A DNA stretch of 62,344 nucleotides from assembly GCA_030609135.1 (NCBI GenBank), contig JAUWCU010000004.1, positions 1-62,344 of the forward strand. The letters run 5' to 3'. Both the position numbers and the translations under genes were made by a program. Positions 22,586-32,371 of this stretch are shown one piece after another (within the stretch, counting starts at the first letter, position 1; each line of letters begins with the position of its first letter). This DNA comes from Candidatus Stahliibacteriota bacterium (GTDB lineage Bacteria > Hydrothermota > Tepidihabitantia > SM23-42). The notes beneath the pieces are model-generated. The model searched no databases, was not told the origin of the DNA, and saw nothing but the letters and a program-made list of their open reading frames with translations.

Positions 22586-24589
22586 ATGGAAAATGGCCTA
22601 TACAAAAGCTTGACCGCAATTACCGAAGCTCTTCTCGAAAAGAAAAGCCTCAACAGTGTTTTTGATACAATAGCCAAGATGGCCTGTTCCTTCTTCAACG
22701 CCTCAGCGTCCTCAATTATGCTCTTCGATGAAAAGAAAAAATACCTGACAATTGCGCGCTCTTATAACCTTTCTGCTGATTACTTGAAGGTCGTCAAGGT
22801 CCAACGCGGTCAAGAGGTTGCGGGTAAGGTCTGTGAAACCAAAAAACCAAGATTCATACCTGATGTACTTGAACTCTTCCGTGAAATCAGCGATGATTTT
22901 ACAGTCGAATGGGCGGGTAAAGAGGGGCTTGTCTCTCTGGTCTGTGCACCCCTACTTCTAAAAGATGAACCGATCGGGTGTTTGAATGTCTACTACCGTA
23001 ATGCACAAAAGAACTTCCAGAATGAAAGTGCGATGGAATTCTTTACAAGACTTGCCGCATTGTCTATCGAGCATTCAAAACTAATCCATCAGAGTGAAGA
23101 TAAAACGCAAGTCCTCACCGTGCTCGAAGAAGTCGGACTCTTGTTAACGTCCTCTTTTAATATCAATGAAATAATGAAAGTATTCCTATCTACCGCCGTA
23201 TCGATCACTAATACTGATGCTGGTGCACTTGTTCTCGTTGACGATACAGGAACCAAAGTCCTGGATGCATTTGAATATAACAAAGGTTCAGATATGCCAA
23301 AGCGATATGTTTCAACCGCGCGTCTAACTAATGGCATTTCTGGCGAAGCAATAAAAACCAGGAAGCCTGTAGTCATCCCGGACCTAAGCAAATGCAAAAA
23401 TATCAAGCCGGTAAGTCTTGATAAAAAAAGAGCTGCGAGCGTAGCTGTACCGTTGATAACCCGAGGAAAAGCAATTGGCATCTTATACGTTGATTCTTTC
23501 ACAGCAAGAGATTTTTCAAGAAATGAAATTGACTACCTGGTTATCTTATGCAACCAGGCAGCGATTGCCTTGAATAACACTGAACTTTATAAAAAACTAA
23601 CCAGGGAAGCTCAAGAAATGACGCTTTTATATGAAGCCAGTCAAAGTTTTATGTCAACATTGGATTTTGACAAACTTCTTATCAATATCCTCGAGCGTTT
23701 GAAAAACACATTCGGTTATCTGAATTTAGCAATAATGCTCGTTGATGAAAAAACACAAGAACTGTACCCGCGTTCTTATATCAATTACCCTAACCATATC
23801 AAAAAACTGCGTTTTAAAATCGGTCGGGATGGTATAAGCGGTCATGTTGCTGAAACCAAGAAGATGTATTATTGTCCTGATGTATCAAAAGACCCCTATT
23901 ATATCGTGGGAACAGAAAAGGCAAAGAGTGAACTCTGCTTCCCGCTCATGCTCGGTGACCGGGTTATCGGTACCTTGGACGTAGAAAGTCCGGAAATCGA
24001 CGGTTTTTCCGAGGACGACATGAAACTTCTCTCTGCTTTAAGCGCTCAAATCGCGGTTGCTCTTTATAATTCTCAGTTATTTGAACAAACCAAAACCTTG
24101 TCACTGACCGATCCACTTAGTTCACTGCCCAACCGCCGTAGCTTTGACATGTTCATTGAGGCTGAAATCAAAAGAGCGGGGCGGTATCATCGTTCTTTCT
24201 CATTGTTGATGATCGATTTTGATAATTTTAAAAAATATAATGATGCATTTGGACACCCGGCTGGCGATAAGATACTAAAAAAATGCAGTCAGCTCATGAA
24301 AGAAACAATAAGAGATGTTGACTTCCTGGGACGCTATGGAGGTGACGAATTCATATCTGTGCTGCCGGAAACTGATAGTACGTTCGCTCTTGAAGTTGCC
24401 GAACGTATGAGAAAAACAATTGCCGCCCAGACTATTGAGCCACGCATTACCTTGAGTATTGGTATTGCCTCATTTCCCCAGGATGGTAATAACAAGAACA
24501 CCTTAATAGAAATTGCTGACGATGCTTGTTACGAAGCAAAACAATTAGGTGGAGATTGTGTAAACTTCGCCTCAAAAAGAAAGGAGTAA
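22586..24589 (+). CDS. GAF-GAF-GAF-GGDEF diguanylate cyclase (paralogue of 1211-3199)
   Basis: Active site RYGGDEF and I-site RDVD. Same architecture and similar linker (LSLTDPLSSLPNRRSF) as the first cyclase. Confidence 0.85.
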   Translation: MENGLYKSLTAITEALLEKKSLNSVFDTIAKMACSFFNASASSIMLFDEKKKYLTIARSYNLSADYLKVVKVQRGQEVAGKVCETKKPRFIPDVLELFREISDDFTVEWAGKEGLVSLVCAPLLLKDEPIGCLNVYYRNAQKNFQNESAMEFFTRLAALSIEHSKLIHQSEDKTQVLTVLEEVGLLLTSSFNINEIMKVFLSTAVSITNTDAGALVLVDDTGTKVLDAFEYNKGSDMPKRYVSTARLTNGISGEAIKTRKPVVIPDLSKCKNIKPVSLDKKRAASVAVPLITRGKAIGILYVDSFTARDFSRNEIDYLVILCNQAAIALNNTELYKKLTREAQEMTLLYEASQSFMSTLDFDKLLINILERLKNTFGYLNLAIMLVDEKTQELYPRSYINYPNHIKKLRFKIGRDGISGHVAETKKMYYCPDVSKDPYYIVGTEKAKSELCFPLMLGDRVIGTLDVESPEIDGFSEDDMKLLSALSAQIAVALYNSQLFEQTKTLSLTDPLSSLPNRRSFDMFIEAEIKRAGRYHRSFSLLMIDFDNFKKYNDAFGHPAGDKILKKCSQLMKETIRDVDFLGRYGGDEFISVLPETDSTFALEVAERMRKTIAAQTIEPRITLSIGIASFPQDGNNKNTLIEIADDACYEAKQLGGDCVNFASKRKE

Positions 24590-24594
24590 AGAAA

Positions 24595-27500
24595 ATGATA
24601 CCATTCATTTTTATGCTGATGATCATAAACAGCACTATGATTCATGATGTTGCAGTCAACAGCAATGATTTAATGCTGCAAGCCGATATGGAATACACCA
24701 AGATCATGATGAAGGATTATGAGCTCTCTAACCAGGTCGGTGCGCCAGAACTACCAGTCAAGGCACTCCGCATAGCCTTGCCCTATGGCGCGCAGGTTAC
24801 TGGTATTCAAATCATCAGCAAAGAAGTCACTGAATTAGCTGGTGAATTCATACCCACATTTGTACAGCCACCCTATATCCTCTGTTTAAAGCATGTGAAA
24901 AAACTAACTGCCCCAGACCAAGCCATATACTCATCAGACACACCGTACCCGGAAAACGTCCTTGTCTTCAAAGGCAGTAGTGTTTATGACAATTACCAGA
25001 TATGTGAACTCGTTTTTTACCCTGTTCAATATCTATCCCGGGCAAAAAAATTGAGAATCTATAATTCGATTAAATTCTCGGTCACTTATGAAGGTGGTCA
25101 AAAACAACAGGCAACGAGTAATCGGCTAAAAGAAATAGTAATTAACCCAGAGTTTGTGACACAAGCCCGATACCGCCGACAAACTGCAGATTTTGATTAT
25201 CTAATAATCACCAATTCACAAATGGAAACGGCTTTTCAGACTTTAGCTGATTGGAAAACCAAGAAAGGCATCAAGACTGAAATCAGAACCGTAACCTGGA
25301 TACTTGCTAATTATACGGGTGAAGACAATGCCGCGGCAATAAGAAATTATCTAAAAACACTGCCTGATTCAAATGTCCAATACGTACTCTTAGGTGGTGA
25401 CACTGATGTAATACCCTGCCGATTCGCCTTTGCCATGGCATGCAGTGCCTGGATATATCCTGGTCGGGAAGATACCATGCCCTGTGATTTATATTATGCT
25501 GATTTACAGGGTACATGGGATTATGATAATGATGGCTCTTATGGTGAGATCGAAGATAGTATAGACCTTTATCCTGATTTGTTAGTGGGCAGGGCACCGG
25601 TAAACAGCATTAGCGAAGCACAAAAGTTTGTTGAAAAGATTTTAATCTATGAGAAAAATCCTGATCTCGATTATTTGAATAATGCCATGTTTGCAGCGGA
25701 TATATTATGGTGGAGTCCTTATACTGATCAGGGAATACATAAAAATAAAATAGAAGAAGAATCATTCCCATCCTATTTTGAAATAACAAAATTGTACGAC
25801 AGCCAGGGTAATCTAAGCCCCGCTGCGTTCAAAAATGCACTACGTCAGGGACAAAGTCTTACCAATCACGACGGTCACGGCTGGATCAATTCTATGGGTG
25901 TAGGAACTGGAACCCTGCATAACGCGGATTTTGACACATTGACCAATGCGCCGAAATTTGGCGTCCTGGCGTCAATTGGCTGTTGGACCACAGCCTATGA
26001 TTTCAACTGTATAGCTGAATCATTTGTCAATAGTCCAAATGGTGGTGGTGTTGCATTTATTGGTAATTCAAGTTATGGCTGGGGTTCACCTGGCAATCCA
26101 GGATTTGGCTATTCAGACCGCTTTGATAGCCGTATCTTCTACTCTCTGCTCGTAGAAGATAACTTTCACCTTGGCGCAGCGCTAAGTTTAAGCAAGGCAT
26201 ATTTTATTCCCTATTCAAGAGAGAAAAACGTCTATCGCTGGCATCAATATCAACTTAATTTGCTTGGCGATCCAGAAATGCCTGTGTGGACTGATATCCC
26301 TGAGACATTGACTGTTGCTGTTCCGCAATCAATACCTCAAGGCAATAGCCGCATTCTAATAACAGTTAAGGATAAACTTACGGAAACGCCTATCAAAGGT
26401 GCCCTGGTGTGCCTGATGAAGGGCAGTGAATCCTATGCGGCTAGATATACTGACGCAGCTGGCACCGTCTTCCTCGATGCGAGTGCAACAAGTACTGGTG
26501 ATTTTGACTTAACCGTAACTGTCCACAACTATATCCCTCAAGAAGCAACGATCCCGGTAGTGAATGGTTCGTATGTCAATTATCTCGGTTGGGCAGTTGA
26601 AGACTCACTGGGTAATAGCGATGGTATTGCCAACCCGAATGAAGACATATTCCTGGACATCGTCATAAAGAACAATGGCAACGCTACTTCGAATAATATC
26701 CTGCTTACCTTGCGTTCCCATGACCCGCTCATCAGTATTCAGGATAGTACGGAAAGTATCGGTTCGCTGAATATTGGTGATTCTGTATACATCAGTAATG
26801 CCTTCCACATAAGCGTAGGCGCTGCTTCAAATGGACATGGTATTCACTTTGACCTTGAAATCACCGATGATACGAGAACCCTCAATTATAAACCCACCCT
26901 GCTTATCGGCACACCGGTCTTGAGTCTTGAAGAGGTAATCATTGCACAACCACCGGCAATGCCGGGCGATACAATATCAATCAGTCTGGAGATTCCAAAC
27001 ACCGGATACGGATTTGCACATAATACCTATGCCTTACTTTCAGAATCTGATCCATATGTGACGATACTCGCTGACAGTGTCTTCTTTGGTGAAATACCAC
27101 CTGAAACAGAAGTGATACTCGGATCTTTTTCTGTTAGCATTACTTCATCCTGTCCAGCAGGCCATCACCCGGGGCTCACAGTTGATCTTATCGCGGATAA
27201 CTATGCTACCAGTGAAGGACTAACACTCATTGTCGGTGAAACCGGATTTTTTGATGATATGGAGTCAGGTTCGGGCTTGTGGACGACGGCTGGTACTAAT
27301 AACCTCTGGCACATTTCAACTCGACGAAGCTTTTCACCCACCCATGCGTGGTATTGCGGGAATGAAGGCAGTGGACTGTACGTCCATAATATGGACTGCT
27401 ATATACAGACAATCCCGTTTATGATAAACGCTAATTCAATATTAAAATTCTACCGATGGTTCAGTGTTCCGTTATACGGAACTGATGGGATATACGTAAT

Positions 27501-28032
27501 AATCATGGGTAATGGATTTGCTGACACGCTTGATTTCATAGGCACTGGTGGCGCGCTCGGTGGTCGCGGTATTCAAAGCGAATGGTTTGAACAAAAATAT
27601 GAACTCTCTTCATACCCAGCCGGTGATACAATCCAGGTGCGAATCGCCTTTATCAGTGATGACGGCGACGGCGTTGGCGAAGGTTTTTACATCGACGACT
27701 TCAATGCTGAACATGTAACCTTCATTGAAGAACATACACCGAAGACAGTCAGTACAAACATGTTAGCGGTCCATCCTAATCCTTTCCGAAATAAAACAGA
27801 TATCATATTTAACCTGGGGCAAAGCGCAGCGGACGCAGGGTTGAGAATCTACGATGTAACCGGTAGATTGGTCAAGTCATTTGATCTGGTTTCTAGCCTC
27901 TGGCCTCTTGGTTCTGCCGTTTCCTGGAATGGCACGGATGAATTAAACCGGAAAGTCCCGGCTGGCATATACTTTGTGCAATTGGAAACCGATACACATT
28001 GTCTAACCCGGAAGGCGATACTATTACGGTAG
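24595..28032 (+). CDS. peptidase C25 (gingipain-like cysteine protease) with a T9SS C-terminal sorting domain
   Basis: DYLIITNSQMETAFQTLADWKTKKG, VLLGGDTDVIPCR and DLYYADLQGTWDYDNDG. Catalytic-type His at NHDGHG and Cys at ASIGCWT. C-terminal domain VHPNPFRNKTDIIF...AGIYFVQLETDTHCLTRKAILLR. The AAGGAG SD lies in the last codons of the cyclase gene. Confidence 0.85.
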   Translation: MIPFIFMLMIINSTMIHDVAVNSNDLMLQADMEYTKIMMKDYELSNQVGAPELPVKALRIALPYGAQVTGIQIISKEVTELAGEFIPTFVQPPYILCLKHVKKLTAPDQAIYSSDTPYPENVLVFKGSSVYDNYQICELVFYPVQYLSRAKKLRIYNSIKFSVTYEGGQKQQATSNRLKEIVINPEFVTQARYRRQTADFDYLIITNSQMETAFQTLADWKTKKGIKTEIRTVTWILANYTGEDNAAAIRNYLKTLPDSNVQYVLLGGDTDVIPCRFAFAMACSAWIYPGREDTMPCDLYYADLQGTWDYDNDGSYGEIEDSIDLYPDLLVGRAPVNSISEAQKFVEKILIYEKNPDLDYLNNAMFAADILWWSPYTDQGIHKNKIEEESFPSYFEITKLYDSQGNLSPAAFKNALRQGQSLTNHDGHGWINSMGVGTGTLHNADFDTLTNAPKFGVLASIGCWTTAYDFNCIAESFVNSPNGGGVAFIGNSSYGWGSPGNPGFGYSDRFDSRIFYSLLVEDNFHLGAALSLSKAYFIPYSREKNVYRWHQYQLNLLGDPEMPVWTDIPETLTVAVPQSIPQGNSRILITVKDKLTETPIKGALVCLMKGSESYAARYTDAAGTVFLDASATSTGDFDLTVTVHNYIPQEATIPVVNGSYVNYLGWAVEDSLGNSDGIANPNEDIFLDIVIKNNGNATSNNILLTLRSHDPLISIQDSTESIGSLNIGDSVYISNAFHISVGAASNGHGIHFDLEITDDTRTLNYKPTLLIGTPVLSLEEVIIAQPPAMPGDTISISLEIPNTGYGFAHNTYALLSESDPYVTILADSVFFGEIPPETEVILGSFSVSITSSCPAGHHPGLTVDLIADNYATSEGLTLIVGETGFFDDMESGSGLWTTAGTNNLWHISTRRSFSPTHAWYCGNEGSGLYVHNMDCYIQTIPFMINANSILKFYRWFSVPLYGTDGIYVIIMGNGFADTLDFIGTGGALGGRGIQSEWFEQKYELSSYPAGDTIQVRIAFISDDGDGVGEGFYIDDFNAEHVTFIEEHTPKTVSTNMLAVHPNPFRNKTDIIFNLGQSAADAGLRIYDVTGRLVKSFDLVSSLWPLGSAVSWNGTDELNRKVPAGIYFVQLETDTHCLTRKAILLR

Positions 28033-28096
28033 AAAGTAGAGAGTAAAGCGTAAGGCGCTGTAGTTGTCTCTGCCTGAGGCAGACAGGTGATTTATC

Positions 28097-28132
28097 CCGC
28101 TTCGTATTATAATTCTATAAATAGGATTGCGG
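28097..28132. mobile_element. second identical copy of the 36-bp insert flanked by GATTTATC direct repeats
   Basis: 36/36 identity with 11176-11211. Flanking GATTTATC at 28089-28096 and 28133-28140. Confidence 0.5.
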
Positions 28133-28147
28133 GATTTATCAGGCGCT

Positions 28148-28280
28148 GTAGTCATCCGATTTATCGGAAAAGGCAATGGTTAAATGTTTATGTTTGTAGT
28201 CATCCGATTTATCGGAAAAGGTAATGGTTAAATGTTTATGTTTGTAGTCATCCGATTTATCGGAAAAGGTAATGGTTTAA
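28148..28280 (+). repeat. 48-bp tandem array (2 full units plus 1 partial) of REP plus linker
   Basis: Units at 28148-28195, 28196-28243 and 28244-about 28280, nearly identical. Confidence 0.85.
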
Positions 28281-28316
28281 AGCTCGATGAATCGAGCGAC
28301 TACCAAAAACCAAGTA

Positions 28317-28376
28317 ATGCGTAGAGCGTAAGGCGTAATGCGCCAATAACTTAATAACTTAGTGACTTAATTACTG
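28317..28376. repeat. heptamer (NNGCGTA)x4 then octamer (aataactt aataactt agtgactt aattactg) arrays
   Basis: Read directly. The octamer words recur in reverse complement at 58534-58565 and in a related form at 22486-22510. Confidence 0.6.
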
Positions 28377-28403
28377 CTTTATATGTTCGCCTTTACAGGT
28401 GAT

Positions 28404-28485
28404 GGAGTGCAACACCTGCCCCGTCAGTTTATAAACATACGGGGAGTCCCCTCGTTGCATGCAATGTCAGGAGACATTGCACTCC
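28404..28485. repeat. GGAGTGCA...TGCACTCC nested-palindrome element with an inserted CCCCG...CGGGG hairpin
   Basis: GGAGTGCAAC[...]GTTGCA plus TGCAATGTC-AGGA-GACATTGCA plus CTCC. It is followed at 28486-28512 by a partial copy of the 3' part of the 165-nt element, which ends at the pcrA stop codon. Confidence 0.75.
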
Positions 28486-28511
28486 AAAACACGGGCGTAA
28501 ACGCCCTACTC

Positions 28512-30455
28512 CTAATTCTCGGTCAGTCTGTCAAGACCTGACCCTAAAACATCATCAGGTATTTCTTTAAAGAACGGCGAAATCATTGTGTATAGTAAAC
28601 CACCGCGCAACGTTGGTCGCTGCTTGGCATTGGTCAGGAACAATTTTTTGCGGGCACGCGTGATGCCTACATACAATAAACGCCGCTCTTCTTCGTACTG
28701 GTCCAACTCAGACTTTGATTTATAGTGGGGGATCAAGCCATCTTCCAAACCCGTTATAAAAACGGTATCGAACTCCAACCCTTTAGCATTATGCAAAGTC
28801 ATCAGGCTAACACGCTGTGTTGAAGCTTCCCACTCGTCGATCTCACTGCGTAGTGAAACGTCTGCCAAATACCCGTTCAGCGTCGCGTCAGGGTTCTGTT
28901 TGCTATAATCTTTAATTGAAATTAACAACTCTTCGACATTTTTGCGCCGTGTGTAGTCCTTTTCACTTTTCTCTGGATCCAAGCTGTCCAGATAAGCTGA
29001 ATCCTTTACAACCATGAGAACAAATTCATAAAGGCACATAGTTACACACTTTTTCCGGAACCCCTCCATCATATTTATAAACTCACTAATACGTTCTTTC
29101 GTTTTCTTAGCGATACCTTCAACCTGATCAACTTGCTTCAATACATTGTAAAGAGAAAGCCTGGTATGCTTACCATGAAGGACCAGTTTTTCCAAAGTGA
29201 TATGCCCTATCTTGCGCGCCGGCACATTTATAATACGGCGCAGACCCACTGCATCCCGCGGGTTTTCGATAACCTTGAGATAAGCGAGTACATCTTTTAT
29301 TTCTGCTCTATCGTAGAATTTCAATGCACCAACAACTTCGTAGGGTATCTGGAATCTAATACACGCTTCTTCAAAAACACGCGATTGAAAATTGATGCGG
29401 TAAAAAACCGCGATCTCCCCCAACCCAATACCATGGAACTTGGATTCGATAATCTTACGGGCAACAAAAGCTGCTTCTGTATAAGCATCATCCAAGGCGC
29501 TGAACTCAATCTTTTCGCCCTGTTCATTATCTGACCAGAGCACCTTGGGCTTGCGGCGTTCATTATTCATGACAACTGCTGAAGCAGCTTGAAGAATCGT
29601 TTTTGTCGAGCGATAGTTCTGTTCGAGTTTTATCACCACCGCATCAGGAAAATCCTTCTCAAAATCAAGGATATTCCTTATTTCAGCACCACGCCATGAA
29701 TAGATCGACTGATCATCATCACCAACAACACACAGATTACGATGCTTCTCAGCAAGGAGTTTTGTCAATACATATTGAGCATTATTAGTATCCTGATATT
29801 CATCAACCAGGATATATTGGAACCGTTCCTGATAATGAATAAGAGTCTGCTTGTCTTTTTGTAATATTCTGACAACCCGCATAATCAAATCGCCAAAATC
29901 CAAGGCATTGTAGTCAGACATTTTGCTATTGTAGTCTTCATATAATGTTTTCATAAGGTCGTTGTCAATATCGTCTATTGACCGGAGGTCTTGTTTTATC
30001 CGATTGATATAAGCCGCTACTGCAGACGGAGAGAACACTTGAGGATCTATGTTCCTATCCTTAAGACATTCTTTTATCAAGCCTATCTGGTCATGCTCGT
30101 CATAGATCGTGAAATTTCCGGACACGCCAGCAATATCTTTAACTGATTTCTTACGTGCTAATACCTCCCTCAAAATCCTTGCGCAGGTTGAATGAAATGT
30201 CTTGATCCACATATTACCGGGGTTATTTAACAGGTTATAAAGGCGGATACGCATTTCATCCGCGGCTTTATTGGTGAAAGTAATCGCTAATATACTCCAA
30301 GGATCAACATACCCTTTCTTGATCAGATGTGCAATACGATGGGTAATAACCCTTGTTTTACCACTCCCTGCACCGGCAAGGATGAGAATCGGACCTTTTG
30401 TTATCTTAACTGCTTTTTGCTGTTCTTTGTTCAATTCAATAAGTAAATCATTCAC
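28512..30455 (-). CDS. pcrA: UvrD/PcrA/Rep-family ATP-dependent DNA helicase
   Basis: LNKEQQKAV...ILAGAGSGKTRV, DEYQDTN, VGDDDQSIYSWRGA, TLHNAKGLEFD and LLYVGITRA. GTG start. Confidence 0.9.
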   Translation of the reverse strand: MNDLLIELNKEQQKAVKITKGPILILAGAGSGKTRVITHRIAHLIKKGYVDPWSILAITFTNKAADEMRIRLYNLLNNPGNMWIKTFHSTCARILREVLARKKSVKDIAGVSGNFTIYDEHDQIGLIKECLKDRNIDPQVFSPSAVAAYINRIKQDLRSIDDIDNDLMKTLYEDYNSKMSDYNALDFGDLIMRVVRILQKDKQTLIHYQERFQYILVDEYQDTNNAQYVLTKLLAEKHRNLCVVGDDDQSIYSWRGAEIRNILDFEKDFPDAVVIKLEQNYRSTKTILQAASAVVMNNERRKPKVLWSDNEQGEKIEFSALDDAYTEAAFVARKIIESKFHGIGLGEIAVFYRINFQSRVFEEACIRFQIPYEVVGALKFYDRAEIKDVLAYLKVIENPRDAVGLRRIINVPARKIGHITLEKLVLHGKHTRLSLYNVLKQVDQVEGIAKKTKERISEFINMMEGFRKKCVTMCLYEFVLMVVKDSAYLDSLDPEKSEKDYTRRKNVEELLISIKDYSKQNPDATLNGYLADVSLRSEIDEWEASTQRVSLMTLHNAKGLEFDTVFITGLEDGLIPHYKSKSELDQYEEERRLLYVGITRARKKLFLTNAKQRPTLRGGLLYTMISPFFKEIPDDVLGSGLDRLTEN

Positions 30456-30461
30456 CGTGCA

Positions 30462-30489
30462 ATTATATGGACAAACCCTAACAAGTCAA
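30462..30489 (-). promoter_or_regulatory. sigma70-type promoter abutting pcrA (leaderless candidate)
   Basis: TTGACT (30489-30484), N16, TATAAT (30467-30462), then 6 nt to GTG 30455. Confidence 0.55.
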
Positions 30490-30524
30490 GCAAGACCACA
30501 CACTTCGTCTGAAGACACGAAGCA

Positions 30525-30616
30525 AATCCCAAGAACCAAGTTCCAAGTTCCAAATCCCAAATAACTTAATTACTGCTTTACTCAAAGAAGCTTGGTTCTT
30601 GGGGCTTGGGATTTGG
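30525..30616. repeat. heptamer CCAAG array with a downstream complementary arm (long imperfect hairpin)
   Basis: aaatcccaag aaccaag ttccaag ttccaaa tcccaaa ... cttggttcttggggcttgggatttgg. Same word family as 134-168. Confidence 0.6.
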
Positions 30617-30635
30617 TTCCTGCTTTACCCAATAC

Positions 30636-30663
30636 TTGACTTCACTACCAGAATCCTTAAAAT
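30636..30663 (+). promoter_or_regulatory. sigma70-type promoter of the 30680 gene (SD-led)
   Basis: TTGACT (30636-30641), N16, TAAAAT (30658-30663), then a 16-nt leader containing AAGGAGG. Confidence 0.5.
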
Positions 30664-30679
30664 ACAGCAAGGAGGTTTC

Positions 30680-32209
30680 ATGAAAAAGACACTCGTGTTA
30701 CTTATTCTGACATTTGTCTTAAGCATTGGACAAAGTGATATACCGATTTTAAAATGGGCAGGTCCTCCAGATTCAAAACCAGAGACCTATGAACAATGGA
30801 TTACCTCACACCCGTACACTGAGTTCTCATACACACTCGAAAATGTTACTTATGGTGACCAAGCCGGCAGTGTTGCGATCCTAATTGAACAAAGTATTGC
30901 CAGTGCTTTGAACAGTGAATTGAACCAGTTGACTAATAACCTACAATCTGAAGGCTATACTGTTTACAGTTATCAAATAACCGGCGGCACACCTGAAACA
31001 CTCCGCACCATGCTCCAGAACCTCTACAATAATAATAGCATTGAAGGCGCCCTACTCATAGGTAACCTACCTATTGCCTGGTTTGAGGTGGCTGACGATT
31101 TTGGGTCTGGATATGCGGATTTTCCGATTGACCTCTTTTACATGGATTTGAACGGAACCTGGCTCGATACCATGAATACGGGTAATGGTAAGTATGACGG
31201 TCACACCGGCAGTGTCCACCCTGATATATATATTGGACGGCTTTATCCAAGTGGATTAGGTAATGATACATTATTACTCAAAAATTACTTTAGCAAAAAT
31301 AATTCCTATCGTCATGATACATTGCTCCTTACACAACGGGCACTTGTTTTTGTAGACGACGACTGGATACCGTGGGCTGGTCAATGGGCTGGTGATGTAT
31401 CCCTGCTCTACTCTGATACGATGAATTACTGGAATGCCGAAACAACAAGAGCAACGATATATCGAAGAAACCTCGATACAATTCAAGCCTGGGTCTCTGT
31501 GTTTGCACATTCCTGGCCAGGCGCTCATCAATTCGCCTATAATAACGGTGGGTCACACGATTACTATTATTCTTACGAGTATACTAATCAGGACCCGCCA
31601 ACAAATTTTTACAACTTTTTTGCCTGTTCATTCAGCCGATACACAACAAGCGGTAATTGTGGTGGCAATCGTGTCGTATTCGATTCAACCTCTGGCATTG
31701 GTTCAATCGGTTCAACGAAAACCGGCAGTATGCTGGATTTCAATTATTTTTATCGACCCTTGGGTCAAGGAAAAAACCTCGGCGAGGCGTTCAAGTATTG
31801 GTTTGCCTGTATTTACGATTCAGTTGGCATGACCTATGACCGTTTGTGCTGGCATTATGGCATGACCTTACTTGCTGATCCATTCTTAATACCGCTCGGT
31901 CATAATACCGGAATTGATGAACAAATTACTAATTCAATCTCAAACTTAAAGATCAGGATACATGGCAACCCAGTTACTAAACAAGTTTACTTGAATTTTG
32001 CACTGGTAACTGAGCATGAAATGGAGATTTCGATTTTCGACTGTTTGGGCAGGAAAGTAAAAAATACCGCAAACAAGTTAGGCGCAGGAAATCACAGTAT
32101 CACATTAGCGCTGAATGATAAATACGGTAATAACTTTGCACCGGGTGTGTATATCTTGAAACTAAAAATCGGGGACCAGGTTGTCACCAGAAAGATCGTG
32201 AAGATCTGA
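30680..32209 (+). CDS. C25-like (gingipain-fold) putative peptidase with a T9SS C-terminal sorting domain
   Basis: Blocks are collinear with the 24595 protein: ALLIGNLPIAWF, DLFYMDLNGTWLD...PDIYIGRL, FAHSWPGAH (His), NFFACSFS (Cys) and LLADPFLIP. C-terminal domain PGVYILKLKIGDQVVTRKIVKI. Signal peptide MKKTLVLLILTFVLSIG. Confidence 0.65.
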   Translation: MKKTLVLLILTFVLSIGQSDIPILKWAGPPDSKPETYEQWITSHPYTEFSYTLENVTYGDQAGSVAILIEQSIASALNSELNQLTNNLQSEGYTVYSYQITGGTPETLRTMLQNLYNNNSIEGALLIGNLPIAWFEVADDFGSGYADFPIDLFYMDLNGTWLDTMNTGNGKYDGHTGSVHPDIYIGRLYPSGLGNDTLLLKNYFSKNNSYRHDTLLLTQRALVFVDDDWIPWAGQWAGDVSLLYSDTMNYWNAETTRATIYRRNLDTIQAWVSVFAHSWPGAHQFAYNNGGSHDYYYSYEYTNQDPPTNFYNFFACSFSRYTTSGNCGGNRVVFDSTSGIGSIGSTKTGSMLDFNYFYRPLGQGKNLGEAFKYWFACIYDSVGMTYDRLCWHYGMTLLADPFLIPLGHNTGIDEQITNSISNLKIRIHGNPVTKQVYLNFALVTEHEMEISIFDCLGRKVKNTANKLGAGNHSITLALNDKYGNNFAPGVYILKLKIGDQVVTRKIVKI

Positions 32210-32231
32210 TTATGTAATTATAATTAGAAAA

Positions 32232-32257
32232 GGGGATGGCAATGCCATCCCCTTTTG
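32232..32257 (+). terminator. rho-independent terminator of the 30680-32209 gene
   Basis: GGGGATGGC-aat-GCCATCCCC followed by TTTTG, running directly into a REP. It resembles the terminator at 13681 but with compensatory stem changes. Confidence 0.75.
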
Positions 32258-32348
32258 TTTGATAAATCAAACAACTACAAACACACACCTGTACGCTCGA
32301 TTTATCGAGCATTCAACCATCACCCTATCCGATAAATCGGATGACTAC
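32258..32348. repeat. REP cluster F: 3 REPs (32258-32278 -, degenerate 32291-32310 +, 32328-32348 -)
   Basis: TTTGATAAATCAAACAACTAC, GTACGCTCGATTTATCGAGC (its head is degraded to GTAC) and TCCGATAAATCGGATGACTAC. Confidence 0.8.
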
Positions 32349-32371
32349 AATTTTGTTTATCTTTTTGTTAC

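Larger units (their letters stand above)
28060..28303. repeat. REP cluster E: a variant REP carrying the insert, three tandem REP+linker units, and one inverted REP
   Basis: GTAGTTGTCTCTGCCTGAGGCAGACAGGTGATTTATC[insert]GATTTATC, three units of GTAGTCATCCGATTTATCGGAAAAGG(C/T)AATGGTTAAATGTTTATGTTT, and GCTCGATGAATCGAGCGACTAC at 28282-28303. Confidence 0.85.

Noticed and set aside
24526-24594. An upstream extension of the C25 peptidase ORF (track start 24526). The same applies to the 30599-30679 extension of the 30680 gene.
   Set aside because: The extensions overlap the preceding gene or the promoter. They lack SDs and would place charged residues before the obvious signal peptides. The internal ATGs have AAGGAG or AAGGAGG at correct spacing.
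28148-28280. A regularly spaced 48-bp repeat array that could be taken for a small CRISPR array.
   Set aside because: The units are directly contiguous, with no unique spacers between them. Each unit is a REP hairpin plus a linker that is also found singly elsewhere. No cas genes are present in the window.
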